Notes under the pieces: model-generated
What the model saw: only the letters and a program-made list of their open reading frames with translations
Database searches by the model: none
What the model was told of the DNA's origin: nothing
Position numbers and translations under genes: made by a program
Virus record (IMG/VR): IMGVR_UViG_3300044653_000098
Span: 32,001-96,000 of that record
DNA: 64,000 nt
Origin: a virus
Strand: one strand, 5' to 3'
In this document: piece after piece, positions 35,476 through 44,941 of the stretch
How positions within the stretch are numbered: position 1 is the stretch's first letter
How the letters are laid out: the number at the start of each line of letters is the position of its first letter

Positions 35476-35769
35476 TGGCGCCTGGCCGGTAATAATGGCA
35501 GGGCGTGCCCCGGGGAGCCTGCGGAACGATGATCAGCGTCCTCGTTCCGGCCAGGACCGTTACCCCCCGGGGCCGCCCCGCCAGCGAAACGGAAGGCGGA
35601 GGCCCATGAACGTAGCTAGCAAGGTGCCGGAGCGGCCGCAGCCGCCAGCTGCACCGGGCGGATATCACCAGGAAGCTGCGCCTGATAGTGCGTGGCGGGT
35701 GATCGGGGGGCTTGCCACGATCGGGAGCAAGCGGTGCCGGGCAGGCGCGACGCGGAACAAGCGGGCGGG

Positions 35770-36363
35770 ATGAGCCGCAGGCGCCGCAGGCGCCGCAGGA
35801 GGTTCCAGGCGGGCTGGCTGAGCTGGGCGGTGCCGCTGGCCGGGGGTGTGTGGATCTGGACGTCCCTGCACGATCCTGGACGCCAGGCGGGCATGTGGAC
35901 GATCGAGGGCGCCGCGGTGCTGGCCTGGCCGCTGGCGCTGACCGCGGCGTTCTACGTGCTGCCCGCGACTGCGATGTCTGCGGTACCGAGGGGGCTGCGC
36001 AAATGGTGGCGCCGGAGCTACACCGCGCGGCCGGCGATTCCGCTGTTCATCCGCCGGGCTGTGATGTACGCCGACGCGCACCGCTGTGTGCACTGCGGGG
36101 AGTGGCTGGACCTGCAGCTGGACCACGTCTTCCCCTGGAGCCTCGGCGGCCTGAGCGTGCTGTTCAACCTGATGGTGCTGTGCGGGACGTGCAACCGCGT
36201 GAAGTCCAACTACTGGCGGTTCCGCTCGGGGCATGAGATCTACCGGGCGTTCGACAACGCTGACAACATCCGGATGGCCCGGGAGATCCTGAGGTCGGAG
36301 AAGCTGGCGAGGATCAGCCCGCTGCGGTGGTACCGGGCTTCGCTCGCGCTAGGGGTGATCTAG
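35770..36363 (+). CDS. HNH endonuclease with N-terminal hydrophobic (membrane) segments
   Basis: CVHCG...LQLDHVFPWSLGG...NLMVLCGTCNRVKSN; two hydrophobic stretches after a poly-Arg start. Confidence 0.85.
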   Translation: MSRRRRRRRRRFQAGWLSWAVPLAGGVWIWTSLHDPGRQAGMWTIEGAAVLAWPLALTAAFYVLPATAMSAVPRGLRKWWRRSYTARPAIPLFIRRAVMYADAHRCVHCGEWLDLQLDHVFPWSLGGLSVLFNLMVLCGTCNRVKSNYWRFRSGHEIYRAFDNADNIRMAREILRSEKLARISPLRWYRASLALGVI

Positions 36364-36795
36364 GTGAACTGGGGAGCGCTGGAGGCGGTCGCGGCCGGGC
36401 TGGTCACCGCCGTTGTGGTGGTTGGCCTCGTCTGGCTCTATGTGACCCATTCCCCAGCGGCCTTCAGGCACAAGGCCGACGAGCACTACCTGGAGGCGCG
36501 GGACGCGGTGCTGGCGGCCGTCAGGCACCTGCCTAAGCGCAAGGTGGTGGTCCGGTCGGCCGACGGCACGGTGTTCCAGGTCGCCCGGCGCCCTCCGCTG
36601 CGGATCTACCTGCTGATGGTCGGCTGCAAAGGCACGACGTTCAGCTTCGGCCGGGACGGCCGGGTCGACCTCGGCGGGAACCGCGGGCGGTCTCTGTCAC
36701 AGGCGATGCGGGACGGCCATCATTCGTGGGCGAGCAGGGCGGAGCTATTCAAGATGGCCGAGCAGCTGAAGACGGCAAAGCCGGTGAAGCGGTGA
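36364..36795 (+). CDS. Membrane-anchored hypothetical protein
   Basis: N-terminal TM helix; abuts HNH stop. Confidence 0.55.
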   Translation: MNWGALEAVAAGLVTAVVVVGLVWLYVTHSPAAFRHKADEHYLEARDAVLAAVRHLPKRKVVVRSADGTVFQVARRPPLRIYLLMVGCKGTTFSFGRDGRVDLGGNRGRSLSQAMRDGHHSWASRAELFKMAEQLKTAKPVKR

Positions 36796-37112
36796 TAGAC
36801 GACATGCCGCTATGCGACTGCGAGTGGTGCCTGTCGTTCCGGCCTTACCCGGAGCCGCGTTGCCGTCCTCTGCGCTCTGTGCGCATCCGCGAGCGCCGGG
36901 CACGCAGGCGCCGCTGGCTCCAGGACGCCGCGTACATGCCGCTGTGGTGCCTGGATGCCACGCTGGGCGGGATGAGCCCCTCCGTGGCGCTGACGGCCGC
37001 CTGCGGGGTTTACCTAGGTGTGCTGTTCGAGATGCCGCTGTGGCTGGTCTGCGCCATCCTGTTCGTGGCCAGCGTCCTGCCCGCGCCCCCGGATCACACC
37101 TCCCAGCAGTGA
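36792..37112 (+). CDS. Small membrane protein with CxCxxC
   Basis: GTGA overlap; C-terminal hydrophobic helices. Confidence 0.45.
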   Translation: MIDDMPLCDCEWCLSFRPYPEPRCRPLRSVRIRERRARRRRWLQDAAYMPLWCLDATLGGMSPSVALTAACGVYLGVLFEMPLWLVCAILFVASVLPAPPDHTSQQ

Positions 37113-37136
37113 TCTGGCCAGCTCAGCGGTGTGACA

Positions 37137-39176
37137 TCACTGCTGGGGCGGAGGCGGCGTCTTCGGGTACCAGCGGCCGTTCTTGCTGTCGAGCAGCTCA
37201 GCGTCACGGTCCTTGCCCAGCTCGCGCTGGATGTGCGCACGGTCGACCCCGATCCCCTCTCTCTTGAGGATCGTGAGGATCTCGCTGGTCGCGATGCCCA
37301 TCCGGGAGCGCTCCGCGATCAGCGCGTAGGCCCGCAGCTTCCACGCCGGGGCGTTGCCCTGCGGGGTGTATCCCTGGGCGAAGGTGGTCAGGTCCGCCAG
37401 GGTGTCGCCCATCATCTCCTGGAACACGTCCAGCTGGGCCCTGCGCTCTTCCTCGCGGTCGATCACCGCGGTAGCTGCGGCGCTGCGCGCCGGGGCGGCT
37501 GCGGCCGGGGGCTCGGGCGCCAGGTTCTGGAACAGCTCGGAGCGGTTCCACCGCTCGGTGTAGTCCTCGCCCAGCACGGCGAGGTCGGCCTCGTCAAAGA
37601 CCGGCCGTATGGACGAGCAGCGGGCCGCGATCCGGTCGACCTTCGCGCGGTCCTCGGGGTGCTCGTCGCCGGGGTCGAGGCGGAAGAACTTCCACACCTT
37701 CAGCTTCCGGTCACGGTCGCCCATCCGCCAGATGAGCCCGGTGCCCCTGTGCTGGAGGCGGGAGATCGCCTTGGCCGCCGGGTCGGAGTCCGGGACCGCG
37801 GACCGGGCGTCCATCTCCGTCATCTGGCCGAGAGTAATTTTCAGGCCGCTCTGGCTCTTGAGGTCGCCGGAGCCGGCCTGGGAAACGGTTGGCCGCTGTG
37901 TGGTCCAGATTGGGTCGACCGCGGACGGCCGGCCTTTCCGGGTGATGTCGTTGGCCCAGGCGACCATCTGGACGTTGGAGACGCCGGCCAGCTGCTGCTT
38001 CTCCCGCGGGGCGTCGAGCATGAAAATGTCGGCCACCTCATCGCCCACGAGCATCACCGCGGGCTTGGCCCGGCTCGGCACGAGCTTGGTCCGGTGCCTG
38101 ACGGCGTTCTCGTCCCGGCGTCCCGCCACGAGCCGGTCGGCTGCCTTGAACATCAGGTATGCCTCCGCTCTGGTGGTGGCGACCCAGTCGATGCACGGGC
38201 GCAGGCCCTTGGCCCCGTTGTTGAGTACCTCGTCGTTGATCCATGGCTGGATCCACGGTCCCGACAGCGAGCCGCCGCCGAGGTCGACGCACCAGACGAT
38301 GACGTCCTCGCACGCGGAGAACTGCGCGATCAGGACGTTGAGAAGATTGCTCTTGCCCCAGCCCCGGATACCTGTCAGGAACGTTGCTACCTCGCGGAAC
38401 AGGATGCGGCCCAGCTCTCCGATCGCTGCGACGCCGATTGGGATGGGCTTGTTGATGGTGAGGACTTCGTCGTGCTCGGGGAACAGCACGGTCTCCTCAA
38501 AGATGTCTTCCTCGTTGAGGGTCATGATGGCCTCGCCACCGTGCTTGCCCCCCTCGAAGGTGATCGCTCCCGGGTCCATCTTCAGCGGGATGCAGAGCTT
38601 CTCCACACAGGTCCGCAGGGTGTTCAGGGTGACCGAGCCGTCCGTCGGGAGGCGCAGGTACACGATGCGGTTGCCTCGTGCCTCCTCGATCTGGATGATC
38701 GAGATGTTCAGCAGGCCGATCCGGGTGAAGGCCGCGATGAGCTTGCGCCGCTCTGCCGCTGCGGCGAACGACGCCGCGCGGGTGTTCGCCTGGTGGCTCT
38801 CCATGGCATGGCGTTCCCAGACCAGGCCGCCAGCGACAATCACGGCCCCGATAACCGCGACCAGAGAGACCAACGCCGGCCAGTGCCACACGCCGGTCAG
38901 CTTCGCATACACCAGCCATCCCGGAACAGTGACCGCGACCGCTATGGCGCAAATGACGACCGAGGAGGACTTCGACCGGATCGAGATCCCGGCCGCAACT
39001 GAGCCGGAGATCACGAGTGCGAGCGCCCCCGCCGGGAAAGCGTGGATCTTGGTGAGTGCGAACAGGAACAACGCCACGCCCACAGCCAGCCCGGTCTCGA
39101 TCATGTGCGTCCACACATGACGGGGTGCCGGGTCAAGGGACTTCGCCGGGGCGGGCTGGCTGCGGGTCGTGGTCAT
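37137..39176 (-). CDS. traB: FtsK/SpoIIIE-family DNA translocase, actinomycete TraB-like
   Basis: About four N-terminal TM helices; Walker A GIRGWGKS; VWCVDLGGG; Walker B MLVGDEVAD; TTQRPT; C-terminal wHTH-like region; AGGAGG SD. Confidence 0.8.
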   Translation of the reverse strand: MTTTRSQPAPAKSLDPAPRHVWTHMIETGLAVGVALFLFALTKIHAFPAGALALVISGSVAAGISIRSKSSSVVICAIAVAVTVPGWLVYAKLTGVWHWPALVSLVAVIGAVIVAGGLVWERHAMESHQANTRAASFAAAAERRKLIAAFTRIGLLNISIIQIEEARGNRIVYLRLPTDGSVTLNTLRTCVEKLCIPLKMDPGAITFEGGKHGGEAIMTLNEEDIFEETVLFPEHDEVLTINKPIPIGVAAIGELGRILFREVATFLTGIRGWGKSNLLNVLIAQFSACEDVIVWCVDLGGGSLSGPWIQPWINDEVLNNGAKGLRPCIDWVATTRAEAYLMFKAADRLVAGRRDENAVRHRTKLVPSRAKPAVMLVGDEVADIFMLDAPREKQQLAGVSNVQMVAWANDITRKGRPSAVDPIWTTQRPTVSQAGSGDLKSQSGLKITLGQMTEMDARSAVPDSDPAAKAISRLQHRGTGLIWRMGDRDRKLKVWKFFRLDPGDEHPEDRAKVDRIAARCSSIRPVFDEADLAVLGEDYTERWNRSELFQNLAPEPPAAAAPARSAAATAVIDREEERRAQLDVFQEMMGDTLADLTTFAQGYTPQGNAPAWKLRAYALIAERSRMGIATSEILTILKREGIGVDRAHIQRELGKDRDAELLDSKNGRWYPKTPPPPQQ

Positions 39177-39185
39177 CTTGTCCTC

Positions 39186-40925
39186 CTACTGGGTCAGCCA
39201 GAGACGGTGCGCCGCGCGGTGCGTGGCGAACGCGTCGCTTGCCGCATCCCCCGTGCTGGCGAGAGCTGAGCCGTACTCCCTCAGGCTCTCGATGAACGCC
39301 GGGTGGATGTGCTCGTCCGTCATCCCGTCAGCGGCCGCCTGGACTGCTTTGCCGATCACGCTGGGCAGCTCGGCCATCCGCTTAGCCCACTGGTCCAGGT
39401 CGTCGCCGCTGGTGGGATGGAACGTGGCAATGTGGTCGTGGACGGCCTCCTCGACCGCATCAAGGTTTCCTGACATAGGGCCTCCTCTAGTTGATGGTGC
39501 TCGCTGCCTGCGCACCTGCGGTGCTTGCAGCCGGGGTGCCGGAGCGGGGGCCGACCTTGGTGCTCCCTGCGGGGAAGCTGGTGCCGGAGCGGGGTTTGGC
39601 TTGCTCTGGCGCTCCTGCTCCCGCCTGGCGCGCTCGCGCTCTCTCCGTTCCTCCCTCATCCGCTTGTTCCAGACCTCCTGCCAGCGGCGGCCAAGCTGAG
39701 CGCCGCTGAGCAGACCTGGAATCCGGCGCTGCCGGGGTTCTCCCAGCCGCGGGACCGGGCGCCATTTGCCTGGAGCCCAGTTGCCTTTGCCCTGGACTTT
39801 GCGCAGCTTGCGCCTGCGGTGCAGCTGGCGCAGTCCTGCAGCCAGGGCGATGGGAGCCAGAATCCGGTCCCGCCACCGTGGCCGCTGGCTGCGGATGTGC
39901 TGGCGCAGGGCTCTTCGCTGAGCCCTGGTCTGCTTGCGCAGTGTCCTGCGGCGCTGCCCGCGCAGCCGCCGGCCGTGGCCTTTGGCTCCAGGACCCCACT
40001 GAACCTGCGGGCCGCCTGCGGGACGGACCGCCCCTGGCTGCCGCCGCCGGAGCCTGGCCGGGACGAGCTTTCGCAGTCTCCTGCGTGCCCGCCCAGGCTT
40101 AGGCGTGCTGCCTGTCGGGATGCCCGGAGGCCGTCCGCCAGCTGGCCGCAGACCGCGGCGTCCGCGCACCCGCGGGCGGCTGCCCGTGCCTGGCCGTGCG
40201 CCTGAGCCTCCAGCAGTCCGGGGACGGTGCGGGATGAACCGCCTGATGCCCCCTCGCGGACGGCTGGCGGTACCCGGGCGCCGCCCGCCTCCTGGGCGCC
40301 CGCCCGCCGGGCGTGAGCCCGCTGGACGGTGTGGCCGGTGCGGCAGGAACCTCCGCATGCCACGACGTGGGCCGCCCGCACCGGTTCCTGTGCCGGAGCG
40401 CCGTCGACCCGCGCCCGGACCAGTTCCCGAACGGCGCCTTCCGCTCCCCAGACCGCCGCCTGGGGACATAGTGCGCCTGCGCGAGCGCCCGGACGATCCG
40501 GAAGCGCCTGACCCGGAGCGCCTGCCCCGTCCCAGGCCCAGACCGCCGCGCCCTGATCCGCCGCCGGATCTCCGGCCTCCGCCCGCACTGCCGCGCGAGC
40601 GGCCGCCTCCGCCGAGCCTCGGCAGTACCCTCCCGCCCGAGGACCGGCTGCTTGAGCGCCGCTCCCTGCGGGACGAGCTGCCCGGAGGCCGTGCGAAGTG
40701 CTTCCGGATACGCGGGTACTGCCAGATTCCGGCTGCCCCGGTCCCGGCTGCCCCGGTCCCGGCCGCTGCCATCTCCACCGGGCCTGCGCCGAAACCGTGG
40801 ACAGCTCCGACCACGGCCGCGATGCCTCCCAGCAGATAGAGAATCGGCCTGCGGCCCCGGACATGCCCCGGGCGTTCCTGCGGGCCTGCACGCGGCTCTT
40901 CATCGAGGGTCTCTTCATCAGCCAC
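39186..40925 (-). CDS. TraA-like protein: TM helix, long Arg/Gly-rich tract, helical C-terminal domain
   Basis: AGGAGG SD, overlaps upstream stop, immediately upstream of traB as in actinomycete plasmid tra operons. Confidence 0.55.
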   Translation of the reverse strand: MADEETLDEEPRAGPQERPGHVRGRRPILYLLGGIAAVVGAVHGFGAGPVEMAAAGTGAAGTGAAGIWQYPRIRKHFARPPGSSSRRERRSSSRSSGGRVLPRLGGGGRSRGSAGGGRRSGGGSGRGGLGLGRGRRSGSGASGSSGRSRRRTMSPGGGLGSGRRRSGTGPGAGRRRSGTGTGAGGPRRGMRRFLPHRPHRPAGSRPAGGRPGGGRRPGTASRPRGGIRRFIPHRPRTAGGSGARPGTGSRPRVRGRRGLRPAGGRPPGIPTGSTPKPGRARRRLRKLVPARLRRRQPGAVRPAGGPQVQWGPGAKGHGRRLRGQRRRTLRKQTRAQRRALRQHIRSQRPRWRDRILAPIALAAGLRQLHRRRKLRKVQGKGNWAPGKWRPVPRLGEPRQRRIPGLLSGAQLGRRWQEVWNKRMREERRERERARREQERQSKPNPAPAPASPQGAPRSAPAPAPRLQAPQVRRQRAPSTRGGPMSGNLDAVEEAVHDHIATFHPTSGDDLDQWAKRMAELPSVIGKAVQAAADGMTDEHIHPAFIESLREYGSALASTGDAASDAFATHRAAHRLWLTQ

Positions 40926-41691
40926 TAGCCACCTCCTGTGCCATTCCTCGTGCTGCTGCCAGCACCTGCCTTGCGATGTGACGACTGCTCAGGCCGTACG
41001 CTTCGCGGAGCCCCCGCTCAGTGAAGCTCGTGCCCTTGCGGATTTCCTTGGAGATTTCTTGCACGAGCTGGCGCATCGCCGGGTCGGTGTCGAGCTTCGG
41101 CTTCGGGCCGCGCTTCGCGTTGATGCTGACCACGTTCTTCTCGCGCTGCTTTTCGGTGTGCTCGGTCACCACCACCGGGCGCTTGGGCTTCGGCTGCCTG
41201 CGCAGCTCCTCGGCTGCCTTGGCCTTGGCCACCGCGTCCTTGACCAGCCCGAGCCCAATGCCCAGCGCGATGGTGGCGACGAGCGGCGCAACGGCGCTGC
41301 CCAGCTTCACGACGATTCCGGCGTGCAGCCCGTCGTGCACGGCGTTTCCCAGGATCGATACCGTCAGTGCTCCGGTCGTCACGATCCATGCCCAGCCGCG
41401 GGTGCGCCACCGGGTGTCCCCGCGCAGAGCGCACAGGAACAGCCGCAGCTCCCCCAGGGCAATGAGCCAGTCAATTATGATGGGATAGCCAGCGGCCCAG
41501 GGCTCGTGAAGATGAAGGTAGTTAATAGCGAGAGCGAACAGGCCCCGGTAGGACTCCCCGAAAGCCCACGATGTTGCCGAAATGATGATTACTGTCAGGC
41601 CCCACATGGTAATGGGGTCTGCGCGCTGAAGCGCCTTGCTCAGGTTGCCTGCGTGTGCAGCTGCGCGGAACCTGGTCATCCTGCCGGCCAT
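40918..41691 (-). CDS. DUF2637 (Spd-like) membrane protein with C-terminal HTH
   Basis: AF.ESYRGL..LA...YPIIID...SILGNAVH...AVAPL; TERGLREAYGLSSRHIARQV; AGGAGG before ATG 41691. Confidence 0.75.
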   Translation of the reverse strand: MAGRMTRFRAAAHAGNLSKALQRADPITMWGLTVIIISATSWAFGESYRGLFALAINYLHLHEPWAAGYPIIIDWLIALGELRLFLCALRGDTRWRTRGWAWIVTTGALTVSILGNAVHDGLHAGIVVKLGSAVAPLVATIALGIGLGLVKDAVAKAKAAEELRRQPKPKRPVVVTEHTEKQREKNVVSINAKRGPKPKLDTDPAMRQLVQEISKEIRKGTSFTERGLREAYGLSSRHIARQVLAAARGMAQEVASG

Positions 41692-41875
41692 CCCGGACCC
41701 TCCTGGGTTCGTAGTCGGGTGGTTACAGCTCTCGGTGCGAGTTACTGTAGCCATAACGATTGTGGAACGCGATTGTTCCTGCGTATGCTGGCCTGTTCGG
41801 TGTTTGCCTTTGACACAGTGCTGGCCCTCGCCATTTAGATGGACGCACTTATGCCGCCGTCGCCGTGGCCTGCCG

Positions 41876-42271
41876 ATGAACGCGGTCATGGACAGGAACC
41901 TAAGCCGTTTGCTCCAGACGGGGCACTCGATTCCCGCAGATCTCCAGCAAGACGACACCGGCCCGCAGGTAGACGCGGCGGCGGCCGGGTGGGCACGGGT
42001 GCGCCAGATCCGCGGTACACAGGCCGATCCGAGGATGCCCCGCGAGCAGACTCCGTCCCCGGAGCCGGGGCAGCCGCCGGTCAACCACGCGCTGAGGCAG
42101 TTCCTGGCCACCGGCTCCTCGGCACCTCCGAGTGTGCGTGCCACCGGCCGCACGCCGCAGGCTCCCAGCGAGGTGCCGCCTGCCAAGGATGACGGCCGGT
42201 GGACCGGCCCCGGTTCAGCAGCGGCCGCGGTCCCGGTTGGCCTGGAGCAGGCGATGGGGCAGGACCGGTAG
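41876..42271 (+). CDS. Pro-rich hypothetical protein
   Basis: MNAVMDRNLSRLL..., divergent from the tra operon. Confidence 0.4.
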   Translation: MNAVMDRNLSRLLQTGHSIPADLQQDDTGPQVDAAAAGWARVRQIRGTQADPRMPREQTPSPEPGQPPVNHALRQFLATGSSAPPSVRATGRTPQAPSEVPPAKDDGRWTGPGSAAAAVPVGLEQAMGQDR

Positions 42272-42607
42272 CCGCCCCGTATAAGGTGCAGGCGCGGCTC
42301 CTGGCTTCTCTTGACCGGGGTTGTCTGGGAGCCGTGCCGCAGATGTCTCAGGCACGACAGCTGTCCCGTGCCCCTCCTGGGAAGGGCACGGTCCCGAGCC
42401 CGGAGTCTGAGACGCGGAGACGAGGGAGGGGCCTTTAAGCAGGTCCCCTGTAGGTCCCTCCCGACTCTCGGCGCCGGAAGATCACGACTTGGCACCTCCC
42501 CTTTTTGCGGTCTTGTCATTTTCTGGACACGACCGGTAGCCTCCAGCCGATAAGAGACGCCCCTGAGGCGCAGGTCACTGGTCTTGCACCTCGGCTAGGG
42601 GGCGTTC

Positions 42608-42949
42608 ATGAATGCTGCTGCGAAGGTCCGGCATGAGCCGGCCGTCTACTTCGTCACCGTCCTGGGCACGCTCGTCGCGCTCATCGTGGCGTTCGCCCAC
42701 CTCTCCCAGACCGATGCCGCCTACCTCGGCATGCTGGTTACCGGGCTGGGCACGATCATCACCGCCCTGCTGGCCCAGCCGCGCCACGTCGCGGTCATCG
42801 GCGGGGCGGCCGCTGACATCCTGCAGTCCCTCGTGCTGTTCAAGATTCACATGAGCAGCGGGGAGCAGGCCGCGATCCTCCAGGCGGTGGCGCTGCTCAC
42901 TGGCTACCTGGCGATGCGGCCGAACCTCACGCCCGACCACAGCGACTGA
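42608..42949 (+). CDS. Holin-like membrane protein
   Basis: 113 aa, about four hydrophobic helices, RHEPAV start and RPNLTP end as in actinophage holins. Confidence 0.55.
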   Translation: MNAAAKVRHEPAVYFVTVLGTLVALIVAFAHLSQTDAAYLGMLVTGLGTIITALLAQPRHVAVIGGAAADILQSLVLFKIHMSSGEQAAILQAVALLTGYLAMRPNLTPDHSD

Positions 42950-42973
42950 TCCGGGCGGAGCGGGGACCAGCAC

Positions 42974-43702
42974 ATGATGTTCATCGGTGGTATTTGCGTT
43001 TCCCAGGAACAGGCCGTCCATGCCCTCGACGTCCTGCGCGAAAGCCCTGGGATGATGGTCCGGCAGCCTCTCCAGCGGGCCGGGAACCCGCTGGCGGCCT
43101 GCGACTACCACGCGGCCGCAGCGCCGTACCGTTCCCGGCCCCAGGATGTGCCTGCGGCCGGCCGGGGCGCTGCCGGGCGGCACCTGACCAAGCCCGCGTT
43201 CGTGCTCGCGGTTGAGACAGCCCTGGCCCTCGACCGCCAGGCGGACGAGCGCAAGGCCGAGCTGGAGCGTGCGGTGGCTGCTCTGCAGCCACCTGTGTCC
43301 CGCGAGGATGTCGACGCGGCCATGGCAGCCTTCGCCGTTGATTGCTCTTACGTGACCTCGATGGCCAATAACGCCGTCGCGGTCCTGCGCAAGCGCTACG
43401 CCACGGGCCGGAGGTTTGCCCTCCGCGCGGCCTCCCAGGCGGCCGTGGCGCTGTGCTCCAGCCGTCCGGGTGCGTTCCGGTGCGCCGCGGTCGCGCCGTG
43501 CGGGACGGGAGACTGCAGGCTCGCCCGCGGGGTGCTGGCGGGGCTCGACATCCCGGCCGGCCGGGAAGCACGCGGCCCGGCGCTGGCCCGCCCGGGCAAC
43601 CATGTGGCGGCCGGGGACCGGTTCGCGCCTGATGTCATGCTCGACTCGCTGCTGGAGCGGCAGCCCTGGATCGCTGGCGGGGGTTTGTCTGTCGCCGTAT
43701 AG
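42974..43702 (+). CDS. Hypothetical protein sharing a domain with 55354..56499
   Basis: IGG...ALDVLRESPGMMVRQPLQRAGNPLA. Confidence 0.6.
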   Translation: MMFIGGICVSQEQAVHALDVLRESPGMMVRQPLQRAGNPLAACDYHAAAAPYRSRPQDVPAAGRGAAGRHLTKPAFVLAVETALALDRQADERKAELERAVAALQPPVSREDVDAAMAAFAVDCSYVTSMANNAVAVLRKRYATGRRFALRAASQAAVALCSSRPGAFRCAAVAPCGTGDCRLARGVLAGLDIPAGREARGPALARPGNHVAAGDRFAPDVMLDSLLERQPWIAGGGLSVAV

Positions 43703-43824
43703 TGACCGGTGCCTCCAGCCATCGCGCTGGGTGGCGGACAGCCCAGCAGGCGAGCAGGGCTGATGAAGCAGAGGGCCGGGGCCTACCGTGATCCCGGCCC
43801 TCCTGCATCTCCTATGCTCTCCCG

Positions 43825-44466
43825 GTGCCTGAAGTCCCTACCCTGCGCGAGAAGTGGCCCTCCATCCTGGCCACAGTGATCATTGCCCCAGCATCAGCGT
43901 GGCTGCTGAGTTTCGCCGGGGTGGCCGGCACCGTCACCGGGATCGCCGTCGGCAGCGCGCTGTCGGGCACGGCCGGGTCGGTGGTCGAGCGGTGGATCCG
44001 GCTGTCTCACCAGGCAGCCGCCCGCAAGCTGACCGAGCACAAGGCAGCATCCGCCCACGGCCGCCAGCCTCCTGCGCATGCGGAGGTGGAGGATCCCTGG
44101 GAGAGCTACTACCGGCCGGGCACGGCGGTGCGGCGTTTCGACATCCCGTGGCGCAGGGCGGCGCTGTGGGCAGCAGCCGCCATCGTGCTGTCCGGAGGAT
44201 CGGTAGTGGTGGCCCAGGCGGTCAGCCACCGTTCGGCCAGCGATCTGGTGCGGGGGATACCGGCGCGGCGTCGACCAGTGCCTGAGAACACGGTTGCTCC
44301 CGTTCCGTCCTATTCTCCGTCACCTTATGTAAGCCCTACGCCGGCCGTGACCCCCAGCTCATCACCCTCCGTCACGCCCAGCCCTTCGTCGTCGCCTTCC
44401 CCCACACCGGTCCCCTCCTCCACCCCGACGCCGGTCATCAGTCCGTCTCCGATAATCCCGGAGTGA
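43825..44466 (+). CDS. Membrane protein with Pro/Ser/Thr-rich tail
   Basis: Three hydrophobic segments; SPSP/TP repeats; TATGCT-N6-GTG. Confidence 0.65.
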   Translation: MPEVPTLREKWPSILATVIIAPASAWLLSFAGVAGTVTGIAVGSALSGTAGSVVERWIRLSHQAAARKLTEHKAASAHGRQPPAHAEVEDPWESYYRPGTAVRRFDIPWRRAALWAAAAIVLSGGSVVVAQAVSHRSASDLVRGIPARRRPVPENTVAPVPSYSPSPYVSPTPAVTPSSSPSVTPSPSSSPSPTPVPSSTPTPVISPSPIIPE

Positions 44467-44497
44467 GGATCGTCGCTGATCTGACGATGGCGCGGGC

Positions 44498-44941
44498 ATG
44501 AATGTCGTCACGGCGCCTGACCCGCGCTCTGCGCGGCTGCCGGTCCGGAGTCTTCTGCTCATCGCCGCGCTCTGCGTGCTCGCGGTCTTCTACACGATCC
44601 ACATGCGCCAGTGCCAGTCCGAGGCGTGGCGGATCATCGGCTCGCGCGACCCCTCCGGCGCTTGGTACGGGTTCTGGTCGGGGCTGGGCGGCTCGCTGCC
44701 GGACATCGCGCTGTTCACCGGGGTGACGGCGTGGTATCTGCACCACACCTGCCATATGAGCCCCTGGTGCCTGCGCTGGGGCAAGTTCGAGGCTGCCGGA
44801 GGGGTGTTCAGGCTGTGCCGTCACCACCACCCAGACATCGACGCGCTGAAGCATCTCTCGCGCCGCGACATGATTCACAAGCTGCACCGGGAGCACCTGG
44901 ACCGGACCTCTCGCAGAGCGCCGGCCAAGCCCAGGGCATGA
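44498..44941 (+). CDS. Membrane protein with Cys/His motif
   Basis: WYGFWSGLGG; CHMSPWCLRWG...LCRHHHP; ATGA overlap with the channel gene. Confidence 0.65.
   Translation: MNVVTAPDPRSARLPVRSLLLIAALCVLAVFYTIHMRQCQSEAWRIIGSRDPSGAWYGFWSGLGGSLPDIALFTGVTAWYLHHTCHMSPWCLRWGKFEAAGGVFRLCRHHHPDIDALKHLSRRDMIHKLHREHLDRTSRRAPAKPRA

Noticed and set aside
37137-39176. Type VII secretion EccC or packaging ATPase
   Set aside because: Single ATPase domain with N-terminal TMs and a DUF2637 neighbour fits TraB better; no other ESX or terminase features.
44305-44460. SPSP/TP repeats
   Set aside because: Ordinary low-complexity protein linker, not a DNA-level repeat.
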